The notes: generated by a model from the sequence alone, not told the origin. A stretch of DNA of 62,420 nucleotides from a virus (IMGVR_UViG_3300033997_000134:1-62420), one strand, 5' to 3'. Counted from the first letter of the stretch, positions 27,220 to 38,051 are shown. Program-made: numbers and translations.

Positions 27220-27261
27220 AGTGTCCAGCCCTTGAAACACTGCGCCTAACCCTAGCCGGGA
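27220..27261 (-). promoter_or_regulatory. Late promoter motif copy
   Basis: TCCCGGCTAGG-25 nt-GACACT, 6 nt before ATG. Confidence 0.8.
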
Positions 27262-27265
27262 TGGC

Positions 27266-27304
27266 AAAGAAAAAGCCCCGACTGCGCGCGGCAGTGGGGC
27301 TTTT
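27266..27304 (-). terminator. Intrinsic terminator, possibly bidirectional
   Basis: AAAAGCCCC...GGGGCTTTT. Confidence 0.7.
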
Positions 27305-27500
27305 CTCCCAGTCTTTCCAGGGCGTCATCAGCGGCGCGGGCCAGGCCTGGGGTTACGAGATACCCCGCACTGGATTTGTCCAGTACCACTGCCCCTTATG
27401 CGCACTGGTGAACAACGCACATAAGGGGCAGCCCTGTGCTTGCACAAGTCTGCCACACGGGGCCACAGTCACTGAATACTGCAGCCCTGTGCCAAGCGTA

Positions 27501-30500
27501 TCACCGTCCTTGCTCCTGTGCCATTTCCCGCAATTGCTGGCGCAACGCCTTGGGCGCGGTGTCGGCAATGCGGTCGGTACGATCTTTGCCCATCTGGTGC
27601 ACACGCTTCCAAATGTCGGGCATCTTGATGCGAATGGGCTGGTCAGGGTTCTGTGCGTTCCACTTGTCCAGGCGTTCACGCACACGCTTTACGGCATCTT
27701 CATCCTTGTCAAACAATGCCTGCGCCCACTGTGAGCGGATTTCATTGCTGGTCTGGATGTAAAAGCTCTTGGAGCGCTGCATGAAGCTATTACTCTCCTG
27801 CACTTGAGCCACTGCACGCGGCTGAAACCCGATCATCTTCCACAGCGCTTCGTCCAGGCTGGTGTCAATGATCTTGTAGCCCTTGGTGTCCTTATACATG
27901 CCGCTGGCAGCCATGTCGACCCCCTTTACAGCATTGCGCACAGCTGCAGGCATCACTTCCATGGCGCCGCGCCCAATGCTTCCCGCATCGGCGTTCACGA
28001 CACCAGAAGCCACCGACTTGAGGCCCGAGAAGCCGCGCGCCACCAGATCACCGGCTGGGCCGATCATTTCCATCACATCGCGGGTGCTGGACTGCTTGTT
28101 GAGCAACAGGCCTGTACCGGGAATCAGGTTGCCCATGCCCATGCGCCCGGAAATATCAATGGGCGCGCCCGGCAGGCCGGACAGACCGTTTTCCAGAAAG
28201 CCCGCCAGCTCGGCACCCAGCACATCCGCTGCCAGCTGCTGGCGCCACTGCTTGCTGCTCAAGTTGTAGCCCATCATCTGACCAGCACCATCGACCAAAT
28301 CCTCCACATCCTCCACAAACGGCAGGCCACCAGCGCCACCCATGAGCATCAGCATCAGCATGGCCCAGCCCACCGCGCGGCGGCCGGCCGCACGCTCGGG
28401 ACTGCCGGGTTCACCAGCATTCCAGGTGCGCTGCATCAGCTCCAGAAACGACACCGAGTAAGTCTTGAAGGTAAATACCGTGCCACCGATGGCCCCGCGC
28501 GCCCACTGGGGCTTGTTGGCCTTGGTGTAGAGGAACTGGGTTTCCACCACCGCCTGGCGGGCGAACTCGGCGGGATTGGCCTTGCCCTGCTCCTTGGCCA
28601 GCCGGTAGGCGGCAATGAACGTGCTGCGGCGGTTGAACTGCTCGGCCAGCGCGAACGGCTGGCCCCACAGCACCTTGCCTTTTTCCCAATAGTTGGCAGC
28701 GCTGGCCAGTGCATCACCCTTCTTGGTGCCGTCCCCGGTGCGCAGACCACCAGCGCCACGCGCCTGGGCCATGAGCTGGTGGATTTCCTGCGGGCTCACC
28801 ACACCATCGTCCTCGGCCATCTTGAGCGCATGCGCCAGATCCGGCTCGTACTGGTGTCCACGCTTGGCCATGTCCTTGATGGCGCCAGACAGGTAGCGTC
28901 CGGCCTTGGCCATGCCACCGAACTGGGACAGCCAAGGCAGCGTCACCGCAAACGGCTGGGTCATGTTGACCATGGCCGAAGCAATCGAGCCACCCAGATA
29001 CTGAGCAAACAGCATGCCCCGGATGGCCTGGCCTTCTTCCTGCGGGTCTTGGATGTAATCGCGCAGCTTGGCGGCAATCTCGCCCAGCTCCCCCTCCTGC
29101 TTGTGCTTGGTGTTCAGGTCGTTGATGGCGTTTTCCATCTTGCCCGCGTTCAGCCCCGTGGCTGCCAGGCGCGCATTGGAGTACACAAAGCTGGCCAGCA
29201 CCCGGCCCACATCCTCGCTGTAGCCCATGATCCCCTTGCGGTGAATCAGGCGCTTGAGCGCGCTGTGGTTGTTCTTGGACAGTTTCAAAAACTCCTGGAA
29301 GGCCTGGTCTTTGGCGTCGTTGCCCTCTGCATCCAACCCCAGCATCGAGCCAAACAGTTCTGCGGTTTCTGGTGTGATACCGGCAAACAGCTTGTACTGC
29401 TGGTCGTTCATGGTGCCCTGCGTCACCGCGGCATCAGGGTGCTCGCGGCGCAAGGCCTCGGCCATGCGGTTGCTGTCTGCCTTGCTCTCAAACATGCCAA
29501 AGTAGATGCGCTCGCCGTCTTTATCCTGCACGTCCAGCGTGTACTTGCCAAAGCGCTGCAGAGGCATGTAGCCGCTATTCATCAGCTCCTGCGCCTTGTC
29601 CACAGAGGCACGAATCTGGAACATCTTGGCGGCCATCTGGTCGCGGCTGTCCGGGATCTCCTTGGCGCGCTGCTCCAGCTCGTCATCCAGCAGCTTCCAT
29701 GCATCCGTGAGGGTTGGCGCATCCATCACCATGTCACGGAAGCCATCCCAGTCACGGCCCAAGGCCCGCAGCATTTCCGCGCGGGCGGTTATGTCCAGCG
29801 ACTTATCCACAGTCGCACGGGCTTCGTCGTACAGACTGATCTGCTGGTCGTTCAAGTTAAAGAACTCTCGCAGCTCTTTGTGGGTGAATCGCACTCCGGG
29901 CTTGAGAATAGTGCTATCAAAGCGATTGTTGATAAAGCTCTCAAACTGCTGCAGCTGCTTGCCACGCATGGCGGCCATCAGCTGTGGCTGCACCTTGCCT
30001 GCTGCCATCAGGATCTCAGCCTTGGTGTCCACCGACAGGCCCGCATACTTGGCCTTGAGGTCGTCCATCAGCATCGCCTTGCCGTGCTGATCGCGCCCCC
30101 ACTCCAGCGTGCCACCAAACAGCGCCTTGCCAATCGCGCGGTTGTCCTCCACCGAGATAGGCTTTTTGCGCATGTCGCTCAGTGTTTCCACACGGGGAAT
30201 CAGGCGCGGTGCGTATTGCGCGGCTTCGTTGGCTACGCTGGCCACATCGTCAATGAACTGCTGGGCAGCCTCAAACACGGGCTTGAACGCAGGGAAGCGC
30301 TCGGCCACGTGGCGCATGGTGCCCACTGTCTTGTCCCACAGCGACACCTTGCCGGGGTGGCTCATGTAGGTATGAGCCAGCTGCAAGCCCTTGTCTTTCA
30401 GCTCGGCCACCTTGGCGCGGCTGAATAGGATGTTGCCTAAATCGCCATCATCATCCAAAATTGGCTTAGTCCCCTCCACGCCATTGCGGGTGCGCGAAGC

Positions 30501-33500
30501 AGTTGCGTGTGTAGGTGCAGTAGTGGCTCTCCCCGCGACTGCACCACTGGGGACTTTTTCGTATCCGGTCACAACCCAGGCATTCGATCCATCGGCCTTC
30601 GTCAGCCAAACAATCGTAGATTCGTGCTCAATACCGACACGTGTTGACTGCTCGATTTGCTTGCGGTTGAACTCAGTCCCCAGCGCGACGGCTTCTACGA
30701 TTTCGTCCAAGAACCTCACCGCCGCCTGCTCTGTCAGCCCATCCTTGCGCTGTCTTGCTTCAAGAATGTGGCTCAAACCCATCCCGCCTTTGGTTTTGCC
30801 GGTCGGTTTGACTGTGCCCTCGCTCCCCCACACAAAGTCCACCCAGCCAAGCCCATTGCGGAACATGGCCCTGTGCACCGTGGTCTTGTCAGTCAATGCA
30901 ACAGCAAGCGCCTCCCGCCCGCGCGCAATGTTCGCTTCCACTGACTTCATGGAACTGCGGCTCATAACGGGCTCGATACGCTGGCCGCCACGTGGGCCAT
31001 TGCCATCAGGCCCACCACGCTCCACCCAGGCGCGCGCTGGCAAGATGTAGTCGCGGATGATTTCAGCGTCCGACAGCTTGATGGTCTGCAGGCCTGGCAC
31101 GTTGGCACGCAGCCAGGAGCGGATAGCGGCAATGGCGCGCTGCACCAAGTTCAGGCGCGGCGTGGACTGCGCCATGGTGGCAAGCACTTCCTCTGCAGCC
31201 ACGCGGCGACCCTTGGGCGTGTTTTTCAACCCATACTGCGTCAGCTTGGATGCCACATCCGCCTTGCGCATGACGGTGATCTGCTCTAGCACCACATCCA
31301 GCTGCTTTCCAAAGGCACCTCTTAAACCATGGTGCCCCAAAGCCTCATGGAAAAACACACGCGCAACATCATTCGGTGTGTGCAGCATGTCTGCAAGCAA
31401 GTACACCTTCCCATCCCAATAAAACCCCTCTGGATCGCCCTCTGCCCCTTCGGATCGTTGCAGAGAATCTGTGGCTAGAGCCTCTTTGGGTATCTTGGCA
31501 TCTTCCATCCCGTAGGCAACCACCACCTCTGGTGCATTCACCCAAGTTTTGCGAATGCCATCTACAACCTTGTTCACCTGCGCAATCATTTGCGCACTCA
31601 TGCCAGCTTGGCTTTGCTCCAGCACCTTCATGGCCTGGGCAAGATCAAGGCCACGCATTGCGCCGCCTTCACTGCGATCCTCCTGCATCGCCGTGCGATA
31701 CACCGCATCCACCGCAGAGCGGGCATCCACACCCTGCCCAGCCGCATCCAGGGCCGACATGACAAAACGCTCGGCCGCGTTGTAGGTCAGCTTGCGAATG
31801 CCAGACGCCAGGCGTGACAGCCCCATGCGATCAGCCACAGAAGCCATCCACCCGGCAAGCTGGCGCACCCTGAAACTGTGGGCTGTGCCCGGCAGCTTGC
31901 GCGCGGCCAGCTCCTGCGCCACCACAGCCAAGCCCTCCTCAATCGCCAGCGCCTCATAGTGCGCCGTCAGCGCGCTCCCAGACAATCCACTTTCGCGCAA
32001 CGCCTGCAGCTGCATGGGTGCATCTGGCGCGTACTTCTTCCACTCCAGCGCATATTGCTGCACCCGGGTGTCACGCTTTGCCAAATCCAGCATCGTCTGC
32101 ACATAATCTGAACTTGGCAGCACATTGCGCAACCCCAGATGGAACATCTCATGAAAGAGCGTCTCAACGACGTCACGACCACTGCTGTGCGCAGAGGCGA
32201 CGATGAAGATCCGGCCCTGCGCTGGTATCAACGCACCCATTACACCGTCAGGCGCCGTGACCCCAATCTCAGCGCCCCGCAGCACGACGTTGACTGGTGG
32301 AAAACTCCCCAGCCCCGCAAGAGCCTCATCGACCGCTTTTTGAGCCTGTTCCACCGATAGTCCGGTGCTGACCGCCTGCTTGTCGCCAGAAAACACCTCC
32401 GATGTGCGAAACAGCGCCACCCCTTTGTCTGTTTCCTTGGTTTCCAGCGCCGCGAAGAACTGATCAAAACCTGCGCGAATGGCGGGCATTTCCTCAATCG
32501 ACGGATAGGGGTAAGCCGCACCCAGCTGCACTCCTGCCTCAGAAGCGGTTTCCCATGCCTTGGGGCTGATCACGTTGACCAGGTAATCATTGCTGGCATC
32601 CTGATCCTGCAGCTTGGCCAACAGATAGCCCTCAAAGGCGCGGGCGCTGAGTTCAACGTCCGTGCTCCAGTAATCCTTGGAGCGGCGCTCATCCAGCTTG
32701 GCCGAACGATCACGCAAGGCTGTGCCATTGATGGCGCGCATCACGGCGGCGAAGGCCTGCACCACCTCCGGGCGAACCCCCTCTGCACTGGGCGCTACCT
32801 GCTTGCCTTTAGCCTGCTGCAGCACATCACGGCTGCTGGTCATAAATCCATCGGCTGACTTGCGCATGCGTGAGAAGTAGTTATCCACCGCATGCCACCA
32901 CTCGTGACCCAGGCTGCCAGCGCCACTGCGCTTGGTCAGGTTGATCACCACCTTGCCCGGCTCATAGTGCGCATTGAAAGCACCCACACCACCCGTGCCA
33001 CGTGCACCAAAGGCCATGCCCAGCTCACCATTGAGCGACAGCGCCTTGGGCGGCAGTTGCAATACGGCAGCCAGATCCATCAGTGCCTCATAGGCGTCAT
33101 TGAGATCCTGCTGGCGTTTGCCCTGCCCCACCCAGTTGCCGAACTCCACGCCACGGAAGCCAAAGGTGTCGCGGAACTGATCTGGCGTCACATCCACGCC
33201 ATTGCGCATATCCTGCCCCACGCGAGGGCGGTTTTCGTCGGCGCGCTCCTGCGGCACCAGCTTGTAGGCCTGCAGCTTCTGCGTCAGCTCACCCTCATTG
33301 GCATCGCGGTAGGCCCGCGCCTCCTTCACCGTCTTGAATGGCCCGGCCAACTTGGCGTAGTTACGCCCCAGCTTCTTGCCCACGTAGTAGTTGCGCGTGT
33401 ATGTCTCTGAAATGATGTCAAACGAGGCAGATTTCTTTTGTTGCACCTCACCCAGCTGGCCGTATGCCTGCTTGAATGCCTGCAGCGCGGCTTCCTTCGT

Positions 33501-36500
33501 ATCCCCAGTGGCGATTTCACGGGGCCAGTTGCTAAATGCCGTGGCCTTGGCGGCCTGCTCCACCACCCACAGGTTTACATTCTCACGCCCCCGGTACAGC
33601 GAATAGTGGTGCTCCCCGAAAGTGATCCCCTCCAGGCTCTTGGAGTGCCCCATCGCCTCATACAACTCGGCGCGCCCCAGCACACCCAGCACATCGCGGC
33701 TACCCATCACCCGCAGCTGCTCGCGCAGTTTCTGCTGCTCCAGCTTGCCATCCAGCATCTCCATGGCCAGACTGCGCAGCAGCTGCACCTGCTCGGCCCA
33801 GCGCTTGAGCTTGTGGCTCTGGCGCGGCTTCACCGGAACAGCATCGCGCATGGAGCGCACCAGGGCCACCACCGCAGGATCTTGACCAGCATCAATCAGC
33901 TTTTGATAGTCCGTCTGTGGCCACACCTTGGACAAGGGTTGCGCCTGAATCTGATCATCTGGCACGGCGCGCAGATCATCCTTGAAACCCGTCCACAGGT
34001 CTTTGCGGGCACCACCAATCTTCTCGCCCACATCGGTAATGCGGCTGGATTGAGGCGCAGAGGCAGACAGAGATGCTGCAGCAGCTGGCTTCTTGGTCTT
34101 TTCCGCATCCATCACCCATGCCTTGAAGTCCTCCAGGCTCATTTCGGTGATGGCATCCAGCCCAGTCCAGCCCTGCTCGTAGTTCTGCAGGTACGTCTGG
34201 CGCGCTTCGGCCTCGGTGGCCGCGCCCATGATGACCTTGTGCTCGTCAAACTTTCCATTGCGGTGCTTCTGGTCAACCACGAACACGGGCAGGCTGGCGT
34301 CCTCGGCCTTGTCGGTCAAGAACACATCCACATGATCCTTGTCGGCGCCCACGCTGCCCTTGAAATAGCCGTAATGGTTCTTGAGAGCTGGCCAAGCCGG
34401 ATTGCGCTGGGTGCCTGCGGGGTTCTCGATAGCGATTTCCAGGCCGTGCAGGCGAACGTGCCCCTTCTTGTAGTTTCCAGCTTCCTTCTGTGCCTCAGTG
34501 GGCGCTGGGGTGTCGTTGTCTGGATTGGTAGCAGCCTCTGCAGCTGCTGCTTCAATGGTGCTTGCATCACGCTGGGCAATAAGCGCCTGCTCTGCGACTG
34601 TATCGACTGGCTTGGCAATCGCCATCGTGCTCGCGCCCACCCCTGTATTCGAATCAACACCTTCAGGCAAAGCCCTCACCCCGCCACGCTTGAGAGTCTT
34701 GAGCGCACCCTTCAACGTACTGACAACCAGAGAGCGGGGCACAACAATTCCATCTTCTGGAATTGATCCGTAGTTCACATGATTTCCGGGGGCAAATCGA
34801 CTATCCACATCTTCTAGTCGCATGCCTGTGCTAGCTATATTGGTATCACCAAGGCCAATCGTGATTTCATGATCATCAGCGCCAAATGTAATACCTAAAT
34901 CTGCAGGCATGCTCCCGCGCTCTAGCTGCTGAAGCAGCGCACTAATGATCTGCTCCTGCTGCTCGGGCGACTTCAAAGTGTTCAGCCACTTTGTTCGCGT
35001 CGGCGCCATTTCCTCGGCTCTTACGCCACTTGCTCGATCCCAAGCATAGACTTTTCGGGAATGCTCAATGGATGCTCGATCTTCATCAGATTCCGTCAGC
35101 TTGATGCCTGAAAGTAGGTTGTTCCCGTTCGGTTTTTGAATTGCATTTGAAGGTGAATTGGCTTGAAGCTGCCCCACCGATTCGATGCCCTGCGCGCCGT
35201 CTGACTGCGCGGGCGCCACCGCATCCAGCAGCGCAGCACGCACCTTCTCCGACAAGTCGGCCCATGGCTTGGTGTGCACATTCTTTTTCTGAATCGTTTT
35301 CAGGCCACTGGCCTTGCTTGCTGCAGCCTGGCGCTCTGCCGTGGTCATGCGCGTCCAGCGCTCGGAAGCCTCCAGGTTGCGCGCGCGTTCGGCTTCTCGG
35401 CGGGTGGCACCTTCTTTGGCGATGGCTGCAGCAGCCGCTTGGCTTTGCGCTGCATCCGGCGCGCTTGCTTGTGCAGCAGGGTTCGCAGTCTGGGCGCTGC
35501 CATTTACGCCACCTTTGGTTGCTGGCTGGCCTGCTTGCGCTGCAGCTGCTGCAGGAAGGCGGTTGACTGCTTGGCCAGATGCTGCTCCCGGTGCTTGTTG
35601 TTGCGCGCCAGCTTGCTGGGCTTGAGGGGCTTGCGTGCCATCTTGTTTAGCTCCTTGATTGGTAGCAGCCAGCGCTTGCAGGCCACGGGTTTGAATTGCT
35701 TTTTGCAGTTTTTGATAGCGCGAGTGGCTGGGTACAGTGGCCTGTGCCAGCTGCATCAGCTCGCTATCGGTCATGTCATTGATCTGCTTGCGCGAGATGG
35801 CATGCAGCTGGGCAATCGAAGGCGATTTAGGCGCGGCCTGTGTTGCCTGCACCGGCACTGCTGGTGGCGCTGCTGGGCGCGCTGCGGCCGCCTTGGCTGC
35901 CTGCTGGGCCTGTGCGTTGCCCTGGTCACGCAGCTCCTGTGCTTGCTGGCGCAGAGATTGCGCCTGCACCTTGGCGTCCAAGATGGTCTTGAGGCGGCGC
36001 TGTTCGTTGGCCTCCCCCACATCAGCAGGGCCACCCTTGGCGGCGTACTGGGGCAGCTCCTTGGCGTTGGCCTTGTAATTGCGGCTGGCCCAGTCACGCG
36101 CCTTGGCATCGATGGCATCGGCTTGCGCCTCCAGACTGGCGATCTGGTCGGCAATGCTGGGGGGGTTAGCTACTTGGCTGGCGGGTTTGGTTACTTGGCC
36201 GGTGCTTTGAGCTTGGCCAGCGCCTTGGCCCGTGCTTCGGGGCTCATTCGCTTGAGCTTGAGCATTGACTGCAGCACGGCCTTGCGGGCCTCGGGGTTGG
36301 TTGGCAAATTGAATGGCATCGTTGATTTCCTCGTCAGATGCGCCCAGGGCGCGCAAAAATTCCTCGTCGGTGGCGTTCGAGGCTTGATCAAAAAACGGAA
36401 TGTCCGAGTCATCCAGCGCTGCAAGGCTGGAAAACGCATCGTCAGGCGCATCGCGCTGGGACATTTCCCAGTCGTACAGCTCTTTCTCGACAGGGGACAG

Positions 36501-38003
36501 GCTTTCGTAGTCCACCTCGTACCCGGCATACGGATCGGCCTCTGGCGCGCCCGACTGCGCTACGTCGGCAGCGGCGGTGATGGGCGTATCACTGCCCATG
36601 CTTGGGTCATCAGCGGGGTCGATGTACTGCTGCGGCTGGAATGCCTGGCTGGCACCAGAATCTACCGCTAGTGCTGCAGCACCTGTCAAACCACCAGCGG
36701 TAGCGTCCAGCCCCATGCGTTGCGATGGCGCTGGAGCGGCTGGCACATCACCCAGCCATTTACCCATCTGGTCTGGATTGATGCGTGCCTGCGGCGCGAT
36801 GCCGTTGGCCAAGAGTGCATCTTCATTGAGCACAGGCGCTGGCGCCCCCTTGGCGCGCTCGGCGGCCAGTTGCTCGGCAAACGCATTGCGCACACGCACC
36901 AAGCCCGGATTGACGGGCGCGGGCTGGGCATTGGGATCGGCCGGCGCATTGGTATCCTGCGCCCCAGTCCCGGCAAAACCCTTGTAACCGGCAGCAGCGC
37001 CACCCATGGCGCCACCCGAGAGCACACCCATGACGATGGACTCGTCCAGGCCATCCGTCCAGTCCTTGCCCAGCGACAAATTCTGGATCACGGTTTCTGC
37101 CACGCTTTGCGGCAGCTCCTCCAGCAAGCCCTCGCTGATGGCGCCTTCCACCACCTGGCGTGGAATGCTCTTGGCAGCACGCAGGTTGGATGCAATGGCT
37201 GCCGCTTCCTCGGCATTCTGGCGCTGGATGCCCTTGGTTCCCTGTGCCAGCATGGTTTCGGCATCGCCAACACCCAGCTTTTGCGCCACCTTGCCACCCA
37301 ACACCCCCAAACCACCACCAATCACGCCGGTAGCCAGCGCGGCGCCGGATTGTGCGGGGGTCAGCAGGCCATCTGGTGTTTCCTGGCGGATGGACTCGGC
37401 CTGTGAACCGGCCATGACGGCGCCTTCACCGACGGCACCGGCAGCAATACCGCCTGCAGTGGTCTGGGCCAGCTTGGCTGCGCCTTGGCCAAGGAACCCA
37501 GCACCAGCTGCACCGGCCACCCCGCGCGCCACCACGCCACCAGCGCCCATAGGGCCAAGAGATTCGCCAACACCCTCGGCAATGAGGCTTGGGTTTTCAA
37601 TCGCGGCTTTGAACTTTCCTACAAAACCCTCGGCTTCTCGGAACTTGCGGCGCGCCTCGCGTGATGCGTCAGACTTTATGTTTTCGTTGACAAACTCTTT
37701 GGCTTCCCTGAAGCGCAGCCCAGCATCTTCAGCTCGTTTACCAAGCTGCGGAGACTGGAAACCAAGCGCTGTCGCGCCTAGATTTGTTGCCAAGTCCGCT
37801 AAACCAACAGCAGCCTCTGGCACGCTGATGGCTGCATTCAGCGCAGTGCCGCCAATGTCGCGCGCCCAGCCTCCAATGCCTCGGGATGTATCTGCTTCGG
37901 TTGCGGTCGATGGATCAAACGTAGAACTTTTGCGTTCTTCGGGCTTAAACCCAGCTGGTTGATCATCAAGTCGCGCGGTGGTTGGATCGAATTGGCTGCT
38001 CAT
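27501..38003 (-). CDS. Giant (3500 aa) polyvalent ejection protein: InPase-like, LPD5/LPD1-like, zincin motifs, PBECR-like nuclease, PLxRFG
   Basis: GNYKKGH...HYGY...DKDHVDVF; DVGEKIGGARKD; FGFRGVEFGNW...HEWWH...ARAFE; HEMFH; HEALGH; VDFVWG...GLSHI; YMPLQRFG. Confidence 0.88.
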   Translation of the reverse strand: MSSQFDPTTARLDDQPAGFKPEERKSSTFDPSTATEADTSRGIGGWARDIGGTALNAAISVPEAAVGLADLATNLGATALGFQSPQLGKRAEDAGLRFREAKEFVNENIKSDASREARRKFREAEGFVGKFKAAIENPSLIAEGVGESLGPMGAGGVVARGVAGAAGAGFLGQGAAKLAQTTAGGIAAGAVGEGAVMAGSQAESIRQETPDGLLTPAQSGAALATGVIGGGLGVLGGKVAQKLGVGDAETMLAQGTKGIQRQNAEEAAAIASNLRAAKSIPRQVVEGAISEGLLEELPQSVAETVIQNLSLGKDWTDGLDESIVMGVLSGGAMGGAAAGYKGFAGTGAQDTNAPADPNAQPAPVNPGLVRVRNAFAEQLAAERAKGAPAPVLNEDALLANGIAPQARINPDQMGKWLGDVPAAPAPSQRMGLDATAGGLTGAAALAVDSGASQAFQPQQYIDPADDPSMGSDTPITAAADVAQSGAPEADPYAGYEVDYESLSPVEKELYDWEMSQRDAPDDAFSSLAALDDSDIPFFDQASNATDEEFLRALGASDEEINDAIQFANQPRGPQGRAAVNAQAQANEPRSTGQGAGQAQSTGQVTKPASQVANPPSIADQIASLEAQADAIDAKARDWASRNYKANAKELPQYAAKGGPADVGEANEQRRLKTILDAKVQAQSLRQQAQELRDQGNAQAQQAAKAAAARPAAPPAVPVQATQAAPKSPSIAQLHAISRKQINDMTDSELMQLAQATVPSHSRYQKLQKAIQTRGLQALAATNQGAKQDGTQAPQAQQAGAQQQAPGAASGQAVNRLPAAAAAQAGQPATKGGVNGSAQTANPAAQASAPDAAQSQAAAAAIAKEGATRREAERARNLEASERWTRMTTAERQAAASKASGLKTIQKKNVHTKPWADLSEKVRAALLDAVAPAQSDGAQGIESVGQLQANSPSNAIQKPNGNNLLSGIKLTESDEDRASIEHSRKVYAWDRASGVRAEEMAPTRTKWLNTLKSPEQQEQIISALLQQLERGSMPADLGITFGADDHEITIGLGDTNIASTGMRLEDVDSRFAPGNHVNYGSIPEDGIVVPRSLVVSTLKGALKTLKRGGVRALPEGVDSNTGVGASTMAIAKPVDTVAEQALIAQRDASTIEAAAAEAATNPDNDTPAPTEAQKEAGNYKKGHVRLHGLEIAIENPAGTQRNPAWPALKNHYGYFKGSVGADKDHVDVFLTDKAEDASLPVFVVDQKHRNGKFDEHKVIMGAATEAEARQTYLQNYEQGWTGLDAITEMSLEDFKAWVMDAEKTKKPAAAASLSASAPQSSRITDVGEKIGGARKDLWTGFKDDLRAVPDDQIQAQPLSKVWPQTDYQKLIDAGQDPAVVALVRSMRDAVPVKPRQSHKLKRWAEQVQLLRSLAMEMLDGKLEQQKLREQLRVMGSRDVLGVLGRAELYEAMGHSKSLEGITFGEHHYSLYRGRENVNLWVVEQAAKATAFSNWPREIATGDTKEAALQAFKQAYGQLGEVQQKKSASFDIISETYTRNYYVGKKLGRNYAKLAGPFKTVKEARAYRDANEGELTQKLQAYKLVPQERADENRPRVGQDMRNGVDVTPDQFRDTFGFRGVEFGNWVGQGKRQQDLNDAYEALMDLAAVLQLPPKALSLNGELGMAFGARGTGGVGAFNAHYEPGKVVINLTKRSGAGSLGHEWWHAVDNYFSRMRKSADGFMTSSRDVLQQAKGKQVAPSAEGVRPEVVQAFAAVMRAINGTALRDRSAKLDERRSKDYWSTDVELSARAFEGYLLAKLQDQDASNDYLVNVISPKAWETASEAGVQLGAAYPYPSIEEMPAIRAGFDQFFAALETKETDKGVALFRTSEVFSGDKQAVSTGLSVEQAQKAVDEALAGLGSFPPVNVVLRGAEIGVTAPDGVMGALIPAQGRIFIVASAHSSGRDVVETLFHEMFHLGLRNVLPSSDYVQTMLDLAKRDTRVQQYALEWKKYAPDAPMQLQALRESGLSGSALTAHYEALAIEEGLAVVAQELAARKLPGTAHSFRVRQLAGWMASVADRMGLSRLASGIRKLTYNAAERFVMSALDAAGQGVDARSAVDAVYRTAMQEDRSEGGAMRGLDLAQAMKVLEQSQAGMSAQMIAQVNKVVDGIRKTWVNAPEVVVAYGMEDAKIPKEALATDSLQRSEGAEGDPEGFYWDGKVYLLADMLHTPNDVARVFFHEALGHHGLRGAFGKQLDVVLEQITVMRKADVASKLTQYGLKNTPKGRRVAAEEVLATMAQSTPRLNLVQRAIAAIRSWLRANVPGLQTIKLSDAEIIRDYILPARAWVERGGPDGNGPRGGQRIEPVMSRSSMKSVEANIARGREALAVALTDKTTVHRAMFRNGLGWVDFVWGSEGTVKPTGKTKGGMGLSHILEARQRKDGLTEQAAVRFLDEIVEAVALGTEFNRKQIEQSTRVGIEHESTIVWLTKADGSNAWVVTGYEKVPSGAVAGRATTAPTHATASRTRNGVEGTKPILDDDGDLGNILFSRAKVAELKDKGLQLAHTYMSHPGKVSLWDKTVGTMRHVAERFPAFKPVFEAAQQFIDDVASVANEAAQYAPRLIPRVETLSDMRKKPISVEDNRAIGKALFGGTLEWGRDQHGKAMLMDDLKAKYAGLSVDTKAEILMAAGKVQPQLMAAMRGKQLQQFESFINNRFDSTILKPGVRFTHKELREFFNLNDQQISLYDEARATVDKSLDITARAEMLRALGRDWDGFRDMVMDAPTLTDAWKLLDDELEQRAKEIPDSRDQMAAKMFQIRASVDKAQELMNSGYMPLQRFGKYTLDVQDKDGERIYFGMFESKADSNRMAEALRREHPDAAVTQGTMNDQQYKLFAGITPETAELFGSMLGLDAEGNDAKDQAFQEFLKLSKNNHSALKRLIHRKGIMGYSEDVGRVLASFVYSNARLAATGLNAGKMENAINDLNTKHKQEGELGEIAAKLRDYIQDPQEEGQAIRGMLFAQYLGGSIASAMVNMTQPFAVTLPWLSQFGGMAKAGRYLSGAIKDMAKRGHQYEPDLAHALKMAEDDGVVSPQEIHQLMAQARGAGGLRTGDGTKKGDALASAANYWEKGKVLWGQPFALAEQFNRRSTFIAAYRLAKEQGKANPAEFARQAVVETQFLYTKANKPQWARGAIGGTVFTFKTYSVSFLELMQRTWNAGEPGSPERAAGRRAVGWAMLMLMLMGGAGGLPFVEDVEDLVDGAGQMMGYNLSSKQWRQQLAADVLGAELAGFLENGLSGLPGAPIDISGRMGMGNLIPGTGLLLNKQSSTRDVMEMIGPAGDLVARGFSGLKSVASGVVNADAGSIGRGAMEVMPAAVRNAVKGVDMAASGMYKDTKGYKIIDTSLDEALWKMIGFQPRAVAQVQESNSFMQRSKSFYIQTSNEIRSQWAQALFDKDEDAVKRVRERLDKWNAQNPDQPIRIKMPDIWKRVHQMGKDRTDRIADTAPKALRQQLREMAQEQGR

Positions 38004-38009
38004 GCAATG

Positions 38010-38051
38010 AGTGTTTCCGCCACCATCCTCTTTCCCAAAACCTAGCCGGGG
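38010..38051 (-). promoter_or_regulatory. Late promoter motif copy
   Basis: CCCCGGCTAGG-25 nt-AACACT, 6 nt before ATG. Confidence 0.8.

Noticed and set aside
27804-30428. 874-aa + strand ORF and other long antisense ORFs (24448-25950, 33438-34766, 35274-36671, 43463-44959)
   Set aside because: These are shadow ORFs opposite well-supported GC-rich genes and carry no motifs.
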